Origin: Bdellovibrionales bacterium
Lineage (GTDB): Bacteria > Bdellovibrionota > Bdellovibrionia > Bdellovibrionales > JAMPXM01
Direction of reading: 5' to 3'
DNA length: 64,000 nt
Assembly (NCBI GenBank): GCA_043739185.1
Contig: JAYUEN010000332.1
Coordinates: forward strand, 1-64,000
A program made the position numbers and the translations under genes. The notes beneath the pieces are model-generated. The model worked only from the letters and a program-made list of their open reading frames with translations. It did no database searches and was not told the DNA's origin. This document shows positions 1-8,491 of the stretch, piece after piece (the first letter of the stretch is position 1; every line of letters begins with the position of its first letter).

Positions 1-1292
1 TCGCCTACTTGAAAACGAACACTGACTTGATTTTGTTTTGAATTCACCATTTGACTGGCCATGGTTCGCATCCAGATCAGCTCATATACTTTATATTGTG
101 GACCTTTGAGCCCGGTTTCGTCAGGCGTTGCGAAATTGGTTCCCGAAGGTCGGATTGCTTCGTGCGCTTCTTGCGCTCCTTTGGCTTTTTTGCCTTCATA
201 AGTGCGTGCGGTTTCAGGCAAATAATCTTTTCCGTACAAATCTAAAATACGCGCACGAGCTGACTGCAAAGCTTCGGTCGATAAAAAAGTCGAATCGGTT
301 CTCATATAGGTAATAAAACCTTGCTCGTATAAACTTTGTGCGACCTGCATGGTTTCACGCGCACTCAATCCTAATTTTCGATTCGCCTCTTGTTGCAAGG
401 TCGAGGTGATAAATGGAGAAGGTGGTTTTCTTGAAAATGGCTTTTCTTCAACCTCGGTGGTCTTCCAACTTTGGCCTTGTAGTTCACTCAGAAGTTTAGC
501 GGCAGCTTGAGAATCGAGATGCAAGACTTCAGATTTCTTGTCTGACAATAAAGCGCCCGTCGTAGAATCAAAATCTTTTCCGGTGGCGATTCGTTTTGAT
601 TTATATGAGTTTAATTTGGTTTCAAAACTGACTTTATCTTTCTCATTTTGACCCTGCAAATCCCAGTATTGAGATTTTTTAAATTTTATTCGTTCATGTT
701 CACGCTGAGCTAAGAGTTTTACGGCAACCGATTGCACGCGGCCGGCGGATAAGCCGTATGCGACTTTCTTCCAGATCAAGGGGGAGATGGTATAGCCCAC
801 CAAGCGATCTAAAATTCGTCTCGCCTCTTGCGCTTTCACCAAATTGAAATCAATCTCTCTGACATCCTTCAAGGATTTTTGAATAGCTTCTTTGGTGATC
901 TCATGAAAAACCATGCGTTTATAAGGAACTTTTGGTTTGAGGGTTTCAAGCAAATGCCACGAAATGCTCTCTCCTTCGCGGTCTTCGTCCGTCGCCAGAT
1001 AAAGAAAACTAGCTTCTGAAAGTTTGTCTTTCAATTCTTTCACTATTTTGAGCTTATTTTTGGGAATACAATAGACGGGCTCAAAATCATGATCAACATC
1101 AACACCTAGACTTGCCCACTTTTGCTTTTTTATTTTTTCAGGAATATCCTTAGCAGATTGAGGCAAATCACGCACATGACCCATGCAACTCTCGACGATG
1201 TATTCTTTGCCTAAATATTTTCGAATGGTTTTCGCTTTGGTCGGAGACTCAACTATGACAAGTGTTTTGCCGGCCAGAGATTTTTTGCTCAT
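1..1292 (-). CDS. topA: DNA topoisomerase I (type IA), partial; 3' end runs off the window; absent from ORF track
   Basis: Manual minus-strand translation from ATG at 1292: [23 protein letters not shown]..., [35 protein letters not shown] (catalytic Tyr), [10 protein letters not shown]. Confidence 0.95.
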   Translation of the reverse strand, partial: MSKKSLAGKTLVIVESPTKAKTIRKYLGKEYIVESCMGHVRDLPQSAKDIPEKIKKQKWASLGVDVDHDFEPVYCIPKNKLKIVKELKDKLSEASFLYLATDEDREGESISWHLLETLKPKVPYKRMVFHEITKEAIQKSLKDVREIDFNLVKAQEARRILDRLVGYTISPLIWKKVAYGLSAGRVQSVAVKLLAQREHERIKFKKSQYWDLQGQNEKDKVSFETKLNSYKSKRIATGKDFDSTTGALLSDKKSEVLHLDSQAAAKLLSELQGQSWKTTEVEEKPFSRKPPSPFITSTLQQEANRKLGLSARETMQVAQSLYEQGFITYMRTDSTFLSTEALQSARARILDLYGKDYLPETARTYEGKKAKGAQEAHEAIRPSGTNFATPDETGLKGPQYKVYELIWMRTMASQMVNSKQNQVSVRFQVG

Positions 1293-1399
1293 GAATGAAA
1301 ATCCTTTTGTGCTCTTCATAAAAATGAGGGTACAACTCAAATCTTGCAAGAAGAAATTTTGACGCAGCATCTTCGAGACCAAGTGGGAGTTCAAAAAAA

Positions 1400-2212
1400 A
1401 TGAAAGCAACAAGCACAAATCTTTCACAAAAAAAAATGCAAGCACTCGATCATTTTCGAAATTTTGGAGTTCAATACTTATTTACTGACATCGATGATAC
1501 GCTCACCGACCAAGGTCAACTTCATGCAGATGCGTATCAAGCGCTCTGGACCCTCCACGACCAAGGAGTTGTGGTGATTCCGGTTACTGGACGGCCAGCC
1601 GGCTGGTGTGAAATGATCGCGCGCTTTTGGCCTGTCGGCGGGATTGTTGGCGAAAATGGCGCGTTTTACTTTAGATATCACAATAAGAAAATGCTCAGGC
1701 ATTTTGTGGTCGAAGACGAACTTCGAATGAAAAATCGCGCGCGCCTTGATCAATTGGCCGCAGAAATTTTGCGAAAAATTCCTGGCGCGGCTCTTGCCAG
1801 TGATCAATTCTCAAGACTGATGGATGTCGCAATTGATTTTTGCGAAGACGTCCCCCCCTTAGAAAATAGCCAAGTAAAAAAAATCGTAGAACTCTTTGAA
1901 GCTGGCGGCGCCACTGCAAAAATATCTTCTATTCATGTCAACGCCTGGTTTGGCAATTACGATAAACTTTCAATGTGCAAAATTTTTGCAAACCGCGAAT
2001 TGGGTCTAGACTTAACTCAGCATCAAAATAAATTTGCATTTTCTGGCGACTCTCCAAATGATGAACCGATGTTTGCTTTTTTTGAAAACTCATTTGCCGT
2101 TGCCAATATCAATAATTTTGTAGAGCAAATCAAACACCTCCCTTGCTTTGTATCTGGGCATGAGGGCGGCAAGGGTTTTGTCGAAATAGCGAAAGTGCTA
2201 CTTAAAAAATGA
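1400..2212 (+). CDS. HAD-IIB family hydrolase/phosphatase (start may be 1436)
   Basis: Motif I DIDDTLT, motif II VTGR, GENG, motif IV GDSPND. Confidence 0.85.
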   Translation: MKATSTNLSQKKMQALDHFRNFGVQYLFTDIDDTLTDQGQLHADAYQALWTLHDQGVVVIPVTGRPAGWCEMIARFWPVGGIVGENGAFYFRYHNKKMLRHFVVEDELRMKNRARLDQLAAEILRKIPGAALASDQFSRLMDVAIDFCEDVPPLENSQVKKIVELFEAGGATAKISSIHVNAWFGNYDKLSMCKIFANRELGLDLTQHQNKFAFSGDSPNDEPMFAFFENSFAVANINNFVEQIKHLPCFVSGHEGGKGFVEIAKVLLKK

Positions 2213-3333
2213 TGGACTCACTTTCAATTTTGCATATTTGCCCGCGACCAAGTTTTTCTGGCCTTGAAGCCTATGCGCTTTCACTTGCCATTGAACAAAA
2301 AAATCGCGGTTTGAATATCGCCATGATGGTTTTACCAAATTCACCCTTGAGCGAGAAATGCCAAGGTCACCAAATTTCGGTGCTCACTAAAAGTTCTGAA
2401 TTTACGAGTGCGCTTCGATCAAAAAACTGGCAAATTCTGCATTTGCATAGCACACAAGATTTAAAAATCGTTTTGCCCTCCTTATTTCTGGCAAAGTTAC
2501 GCGGTCAAATTTTGCCAAAAATTGTATTGCAGACTCACATTTTAATTAGTCATTCCAAAAAAGACCCTTTGCATTTTCTCGAATATTTATTTGTCGATGA
2601 AATGTGGTGTTCAAGTTCACCTGCGAAAGCGCTCCTGACTGCCCACATCCCAATTGCCCCAGAGAGAATAAAGGTCATTCGCTACGGTCGAGACATCGAA
2701 GCAACCACTGGTGGCTTCTTAAGTCGTGAGGCTTCCCGTCAAGCTCTCGGCGTGGCCAATGATGCAATTGTGGTAGGACTGGTGAGCCGCATCGATCCAC
2801 AAAAAGGAATTCGCGAGTTTTTAGAAGGTGCCATACCAATTCTAGAAAGAGAAGCTCGGCTCAATTTGGTTTTCATTGGCGGACGCACCGAAAATGATCC
2901 CAAATCCTGGGCCTATCTTGAAGACCTTGAGAAGTTTCATCAAAAGCTTGAGCCTTCAATTGCACAGAGAATTCATTTTAAAGGTGCAATGAAAGATTCT
3001 TACCAGTATATGACGGGGCTCGATCTTTATGCCCTACCTAGCTACAAAGAATGTTTTGCATTGAGTTTATTAGAGGCTCAGTTAGCAGGGCTCCCGGTAT
3101 TGGGAACCTCTTCTGGAGGCACGCCTGATATTGTGATCGAGGACCAAACCGGATTTTTATTTGAGCCCGAAAGCGCCCCGTCGGCAGGTGAAGCCTTAAA
3201 ACGCGCCTTAACAAAGCAAAATCTCTGGAAGGACTTCGGCGCTCGGGCGCGAGCGCGGGTGATTGAAGAATTCGATTTTAAAAAGATCTGTGGTCTCGTT
3301 ATCGAGAAATATCTTAGGCTTGCAAATTCTTAG
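2209..3333 (+). CDS. Glycosyltransferase family 4 (GT-B)
   Basis: VSRIDPQKG, ALPSYKECFALSLLEA, GGTPDIV..TGFLF; ATGA overlap with the HAD gene. Confidence 0.88.
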   Translation: MMDSLSILHICPRPSFSGLEAYALSLAIEQKNRGLNIAMMVLPNSPLSEKCQGHQISVLTKSSEFTSALRSKNWQILHLHSTQDLKIVLPSLFLAKLRGQILPKIVLQTHILISHSKKDPLHFLEYLFVDEMWCSSSPAKALLTAHIPIAPERIKVIRYGRDIEATTGGFLSREASRQALGVANDAIVVGLVSRIDPQKGIREFLEGAIPILEREARLNLVFIGGRTENDPKSWAYLEDLEKFHQKLEPSIAQRIHFKGAMKDSYQYMTGLDLYALPSYKECFALSLLEAQLAGLPVLGTSSGGTPDIVIEDQTGFLFEPESAPSAGEALKRALTKQNLWKDFGARARARVIEEFDFKKICGLVIEKYLRLANS

Positions 3334-4079
3334 TCGCTAGTACCAGAATGAGCGGCTCGCTCTTGGGTTTTTATATTCGACCTACTTAAACTTTCTACCG
3401 CGCTAAAAGTATCTTTGCTAGGAAAGCCAAATGTCCAATCGATGCCATCGCCTGTTAGTCCGAAAGTATTAAATTTAGCGGCGCCGTTGGTTCCGGCAAT
3501 CAACAATCGAGCACCTTGAGTTGATCCGGCATCATTCCATGAGTCTTGGCGCTTACCGGAATTACAAGCTTCAGACATTTGAGGCAAGTACGGCTTATCT
3601 TCCAACGAATATGAGGTTGTCTTTGAATCACCATCTTTAACCTCGGTAAATGCAACTTTGGTCTCAGAAAGCTTGCTTGATTTCATTGAAATTTTGACCC
3701 GACATTTTTGAATTGCCGCCAAAGTCTGGGCCTTGTCGGCTTCACTTATAAATTCTTTGGGTAATTTATTTTTCTGTGCACAAACAGCTCTGCGAATAGC
3801 CGTCATTGTTTTTGCAGAAAGTGGCGCATTCATTACAATTCCGGCAGAACCTTTATTCAAAAGCTCACCGCTATTTGAAGAGCCTAACATGCGAAGATCC
3901 ACACATTGAGCAGAGGATTTTCCTAGCGCTTTGGCAATACGCTCAGTAATCGCGTTTTGCATGCCTGGATCGGCTGCATTCGAAATATCGATGGTGTACA
4001 TATAAACTCGCGGTGCGTTTTCAGCATGGAGCTGTCCAGCCAAAAGCAAAGCAAAAGCAATAGCAAATATACCTCGCAT
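3330..4079 (-). CDS. Hypothetical secreted protein
   Basis: Signal peptide MRGIFAIAFALLLAGQLHA; AGGAGG RBS upstream; no recognised domain. Confidence 0.7.
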   Translation of the reverse strand: MRGIFAIAFALLLAGQLHAENAPRVYMYTIDISNAADPGMQNAITERIAKALGKSSAQCVDLRMLGSSNSGELLNKGSAGIVMNAPLSAKTMTAIRRAVCAQKNKLPKEFISEADKAQTLAAIQKCRVKISMKSSKLSETKVAFTEVKDGDSKTTSYSLEDKPYLPQMSEACNSGKRQDSWNDAGSTQGARLLIAGTNGAAKFNTFGLTGDGIDWTFGFPSKDTFSAVESLSRSNIKTQERAAHSGTSD

Positions 4080-4159
4080 AGAGCCCTCCTACTTTGATTC
4101 TATAGCAAAATAATATGTCGAACGAGTCTAGTAATTGGACGAGGAGGGGTCTTTAGTTC

Positions 4160-4255
4160 ATGTACAACAAACCTAAAATGCTGCCAGTATATACTGACCC
4201 ACTGAAGACCGACCACCGAAACTGCCAAGCGGCTAACAGCTGCGGCTGCCGTTAA
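4160..4255 (+). CDS. Candidate 31-aa Cys-rich small peptide MYNKPKMLPVYTDPLKTDHRNCQAANSCGCR
   Basis: GAGGAGG at 4141-4147 upstream of ATG 4160; in-frame TAA at 4253-4255; below the ORF-track size cutoff. Confidence 0.3.
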   Translation: MYNKPKMLPVYTDPLKTDHRNCQAANSCGCR

Positions 4256-4328
4256 AACTGCTTTGAATTCTAGATTTTAAACTAGTTTTCTTGGCAGCCG
4301 CAGCTGTTAGCCGCTTGGCAGTTTCGGT
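4215..4328. repeat. 114-bp palindrome with perfect 36-bp inverted arms (REPIN/MITE-like)
   Basis: ACCGAAACTGCCAAGCGGCTAACAGCTGCGGCTGCC (4215-4250) has its exact reverse complement at 4293-4328; the AT-rich spacer is also mostly self-complementary around TCTAGA (4269-4274). Confidence 0.95.
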
Positions 4329-4528
4329 CTCAGATTTCGGAGTGACAGTTTGGCATTTTGCAAAGCCTGTTTTTTAGGCGGTCATACGAACTTCGAATCA
4401 AAATTATGTGCGCTCAATTGTATGTGATTTTGGAATATCATTCTTCATATTTTTCAGGCTGAAAGCGGCTCTCCTCGCAGAAATAATCTTTTAAGCTTTG
4501 CAAGAGAAGACATTATCAGTACTCTTTT

Positions 4529-7500
4529 TTGGTGAGTACAAAACCTATTTTAATAGTGGCCGAAAAGCCATCGGTGGCACGCGATATCGCAAAAGTCGTG
4601 AAAGCCAATCGCCTTCAGCGTGGTTATATTGAGGGCGATACCCATATCGTCACTTGGGCAATTGGGCATCTTGTGACTTTGCCTGAGCCTCATCAAATCA
4701 ATTTGAAATGGAAGACCTGGAGCTTGGCCCAGCTTCCGATGTTGCCGACTGAGTGGCCACTCGTTGCAAGCGCGCGAACCATAGAGCAATATGAAGTTGT
4801 TCGAAAATTAATGGATGCTTGTGATTCCGTAATTTGTGCCACAGATGCCGGACGTGAAGGCGAACTCATCTTTCGCTATATTTATGAATTGGCAGCTTGT
4901 CAGAAGCCAGTGAAGCGTCTGTGGATTTCTTCTCTTACGAAGCAAGCAATCGAAACCGGATTGAATAAGCTCAAGGACTCAAGTGAATTTGATAGTCTTG
5001 CCGATGCGGCTCGCGCCCGAAGTCGCGCGGATTGGCTTGTCGGAATGAATTTATCTCGTGCTTATGCTCTCAAATCCCAAGAGCAACTATTTGTAGGCCG
5101 TGTTCAGACTCCTACCTTGGCGATGATTGTTGAGCGCGATCTTAAAATTCGGGATTTCATCTCTGAAGAATACGAAACTATTGAAGCCGAATTTGAAGCT
5201 GGATCAAAGTTCAAAGCCAATTATCTCGGTGAACAAGATGAAATTAAAAAGCCGATGATCCGTGCGAAAGAAAAACGCTTTCCGCGCAAATCAGAAAACA
5301 TTGCGACTGTTCTAAAGAGGTTTTTCGAAGGCTCTTCTCAGATTTTGCAAAACGAATCTAAAAAGAATGTGACTCCACCACCACTTCTGTATGATTTAAC
5401 CGATTTGCAACGAAGTGCGAACCAGACTTATTCCTTTTCGGCAAATCAGACTTTGGAGCTTGCACAGAGTCTTTATGAAAAGCACAAATTGATTAGTTAT
5501 CCACGTACTGGGAGCCAACACCTATCTGTAAGTGTGGCGCAGACCTTGCCTGATATTGTAAAAGCCATTCGTGAACCATACGAAGAGCTGATCGAAAACT
5601 TCACGGGCGCCGCAGTTTTGAGCAATCGGTTTGTTGATGATACCCAAGTCACCGATCACCATGCGATTATACCTACGGGCAAGAATGGGCCTCATCGCGC
5701 GCTCAGTTCAGATGAAAGCAAAATCTATGATCTCATTTGCCGAAGACTATTATCTGCTTGGCAACCAGATAATATTGCAGAGGTGACAAATATTTTAGTT
5801 ATCAGTGCGCAAAAAGATATTTTTAAGACTACGGGCACAGTGATTTCTCAAATCGGCTGGAAGAAACTCCTTGTGACCACGAGAGACCGCAACGTCCAGG
5901 CTACACTTCCCGCAGGACTCTTGCCCGGCACTTCTGTTAAACCAGTTTCTGCAAAAGCCTTGCCGAAAAAAACCGAGCCCCCTCCACATCTCAACGACGC
6001 TACTCTGCTGAGCCTCATGGAATCCGCAGGTAAAAACATTGACAATGTTGAGCTTGCTCGAGCCATGAAAGACTCGGGCCTTGGTACTCCTGCGACTCGC
6101 GCCAATATCATTGAGACTCTTGTTACGCGAAATTATATTGAGCGAAAAGCCAAATCAATTATCGCGACCGAGTTGGGGCATCGCCTGATTTCGGTGGTTC
6201 ATCCATCGGTGAAGAGCCCTGAGCTGACGGGTCGCTGGGAGAAAAAGCTTTCTGAAATTCAAAATAAAAAAGAGTCTCTAGCTCAATTTATCTCTGAACT
6301 TGAGACTGAAATTGCGTTACGTATCAAAGAAATCAAAGAGCAACAAGCGCCAGTAGCAGCAGTGGCGGCGCCCTTAGTTGAGACCAGAAAAAAGACCGCG
6401 CCTGAAGACTTGGCAAAACTTTTGAAAAATCGATTTGGATTTAAAGAGTTCAGACAATCTCAAGAAGCTGTTTGCAAAGCCGTTGTTGCTGGGAAAAATA
6501 TTTTATTGGTCATGCCGACTGGCGCGGGCAAATCGCTCTGCTATCAATTGCCAACTATCGCTCGCGGCGGAACTTGCCTTGTGATCAGTCCCCTCATTGC
6601 ACTTATTGAAGATCAAGTGGCAAAGCTTTCCTCACTTGGCTTTGCTGCTGAACGTATACACTCGGGGAGAACACGTGAGGACTCACGAAACATCTGCAGA
6701 AAGTATCTGCAAAACGAACTTGATTTTCTTTTTATTTCACCAGAACGCTTGGGCGTACCTGGATTTTCTGAATTTCTTGCGCGCATTCCTTTGGCGCTTA
6801 TTGCAGTTGATGAGGCCCATTGTATTTCTCAGTGGGGCCATGATTTTCGTCCGGACTATCGACTTCTGGGTGAACGAATCAAAGATTTTGGCTTGACGCC
6901 TATTATTGCGATGACTGCAACTGCTACTCCAATTGTTCAAGATGACATTTGCAAACAGCTCAATTTAAAAAATGAAAGCCGTTATATTGAGGGATTTCGC
7001 CGGTCGAATATCAATATCCAAGTTGTAGAAGTAGCGCCAAGCGAAAGGGAAAACTCTATTTTTAAAATACTTAAAACTAAAGATCGTGTTCCCGCCATTG
7101 TGTATGCTCCGACTCGTAAAAAAACCGTAGAGCTTAGTGAAGCTCTTTCAGAAAAATTTCGCACCGGCTCTTATCATGCCGGAATGACTCCCGAAGCACG
7201 CAGTCGCGTTCAAACAGATTTCATCAACGGAAAACTAGATGTCATCATTGCAACGGTCGCATTTGGAATGGGAATCGATAAACCGAATGTTCGCACTGTG
7301 ATCCATGCAAGTCTGCCTGGCAGTGTTGAGGCTTACTATCAGGAGATTGGGAGGGCCGGGCGAGACGGAAAAACCTCAGAAGCTTATTTGCTTTATTCTT
7401 ATGCGGATCAGAAGACCCACGAGTTTTTTCTTGAAATGAATTATCCTAGCCAAAGCGTTCTACAGAAAATTTATTCGCAATTGCGAGATGATGTATCAGT

Positions 7501-8425
7501 TGAAAAAAATTATATAAGAAGTCAGTTGACCACCTTAGACTCTCAGGTTTTTGAACGCGCCATTGAACAACTTTGGGTTCATCGTGGAGCTCTTGTTGAT
7601 CCAGATGAAAGCATGAAACGTGGGTCCGATGCCTGGTTGATCACCTACCCTGAGCAGCGCAGACAAAAAGAGCTCCAACTTGAACAAATTTGGAGTTACG
7701 CAAATGGTGGCACAGTGAAACGCTGTCGCATGCAGACACTAGTAGCTCACTTTGGTGACCGCGCCGAAATAGAAATCCGGTGTGAAGCCTGCGATATTTG
7801 CAAACCTGAAAACAGAGTTTCATTGATTGCAAAACGTCAATTGAGCACGCAAGAGGAGAATTTAGTCGTTCAGATTTTTCAAATCTTATCGCAAGAAAAA
7901 AATCAGGCCATGGGTCGTATTTTTGATCGTCTCACGCAGACTGCGCCGAAATTGAAAAGGCAGATTTTTGAGCGCTTGATCGCAGAACTTGAACGCCTTG
8001 GTCAAGTCATTCTCGTTGAAGACTCTTTTGAGAAAAATGGTGAGTTGATTCGATATAGAAAAGCAGCTTTGCATCCTCAAGCGCGCATTCAAAATTTTGA
8101 TATGAGCGCAATTCAGATTTCTGGTAACGCGCCTAAAAAAAGATTATCAAAGAAAAAAGAGCGCGTAGCAAAAAGTTCTAAGTTAAGAAAAAAGCGAGAT
8201 GTTGGAGTTTTAAATGGGTCTCCTGACTTTGAGCGGATAAGGGCTTGGCGGCTTTCGCAAGCACGACGTTTAGGGATTCCTGCTTTTCGAATATTAACTG
8301 ATCGCGTGCTCGAGACAATTTGCGAAGTTCGTCCTGCTAATAAAACTCAGCTCCGTGCTATTTCGGGAGTGGGTCAAAAGGCTGTTGAGCAATATGGTGA
8401 TGAGATCGTAGCTCTTCTCATCTAA
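4529..8425 (+). CDS. DNA topoisomerase III - RecQ helicase fusion (TOPRIM + topo IA core + RecQ helicase + Zn-binding/RQC + HRDC)
   Basis: TopB motifs AEKPSVA, ATDAGREGELIF, GRVQTPTL, ISYPRT, DHHAIIPT, GLGTPATRA. RecQ motifs MPTGAGKSLCYQ, DEAHCISQWGHDFRPDY, TATAT, ATVAFGMGIDK, YYQEIGRAGRDG, CRM..CEACDIC. C-terminal HRDC (WRLSQARRLGIPAFRIL..ISGVG). One uninterrupted frame. Confidence 0.93.
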   Translation: MVSTKPILIVAEKPSVARDIAKVVKANRLQRGYIEGDTHIVTWAIGHLVTLPEPHQINLKWKTWSLAQLPMLPTEWPLVASARTIEQYEVVRKLMDACDSVICATDAGREGELIFRYIYELAACQKPVKRLWISSLTKQAIETGLNKLKDSSEFDSLADAARARSRADWLVGMNLSRAYALKSQEQLFVGRVQTPTLAMIVERDLKIRDFISEEYETIEAEFEAGSKFKANYLGEQDEIKKPMIRAKEKRFPRKSENIATVLKRFFEGSSQILQNESKKNVTPPPLLYDLTDLQRSANQTYSFSANQTLELAQSLYEKHKLISYPRTGSQHLSVSVAQTLPDIVKAIREPYEELIENFTGAAVLSNRFVDDTQVTDHHAIIPTGKNGPHRALSSDESKIYDLICRRLLSAWQPDNIAEVTNILVISAQKDIFKTTGTVISQIGWKKLLVTTRDRNVQATLPAGLLPGTSVKPVSAKALPKKTEPPPHLNDATLLSLMESAGKNIDNVELARAMKDSGLGTPATRANIIETLVTRNYIERKAKSIIATELGHRLISVVHPSVKSPELTGRWEKKLSEIQNKKESLAQFISELETEIALRIKEIKEQQAPVAAVAAPLVETRKKTAPEDLAKLLKNRFGFKEFRQSQEAVCKAVVAGKNILLVMPTGAGKSLCYQLPTIARGGTCLVISPLIALIEDQVAKLSSLGFAAERIHSGRTREDSRNICRKYLQNELDFLFISPERLGVPGFSEFLARIPLALIAVDEAHCISQWGHDFRPDYRLLGERIKDFGLTPIIAMTATATPIVQDDICKQLNLKNESRYIEGFRRSNINIQVVEVAPSERENSIFKILKTKDRVPAIVYAPTRKKTVELSEALSEKFRTGSYHAGMTPEARSRVQTDFINGKLDVIIATVAFGMGIDKPNVRTVIHASLPGSVEAYYQEIGRAGRDGKTSEAYLLYSYADQKTHEFFLEMNYPSQSVLQKIYSQLRDDVSVEKNYIRSQLTTLDSQVFERAIEQLWVHRGALVDPDESMKRGSDAWLITYPEQRRQKELQLEQIWSYANGGTVKRCRMQTLVAHFGDRAEIEIRCEACDICKPENRVSLIAKRQLSTQEENLVVQIFQILSQEKNQAMGRIFDRLTQTAPKLKRQIFERLIAELERLGQVILVEDSFEKNGELIRYRKAALHPQARIQNFDMSAIQISGNAPKKRLSKKKERVAKSSKLRKKRDVGVLNGSPDFERIRAWRLSQARRLGIPAFRILTDRVLETICEVRPANKTQLRAISGVGQKAVEQYGDEIVALLI

Positions 8426-8448
8426 GAAAAATCGAAGAGTCCAAAATA

Positions 8449-8488
8449 AATGGACCCTTCGTTGCCTAAGTCGTCGGCTGCTGCGACC
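8449..8488 (+). repeat. Partial copy of the intergenic repeat at 21434-21473
   Basis: 32/40 identical in an ungapped manual alignment; lies between convergent stop codons. Confidence 0.7.
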
Positions 8489-8491
8489 TAA

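Noticed and set aside
51..1019. Short plus-strand ORFs at the window start
   Set aside because: Antisense to topA, which occupies 1-1292 on the minus strand
1393..1436. A8 and A9 runs at the HAD gene start as a phase-variation tract
   Set aside because: Short poly-A runs are common in this AT-rich DNA, and an in-frame ATG at 1436 would bypass any slippage
4282..4356. Minus-strand mini-ORF MPNCHSEI-TGA-DRNCQAANSCGCQEN as a possible selenopeptide
   Set aside because: The Cys-rich part is only the mirror of the palindrome arm; there is no clear RBS and no support for recoding
4529..8425. Reverse gyrase
   Set aside because: The domain order is topoisomerase then helicase, and the helicase is clearly RecQ-type with HRDC; reverse gyrase has an N-terminal helicase-like domain
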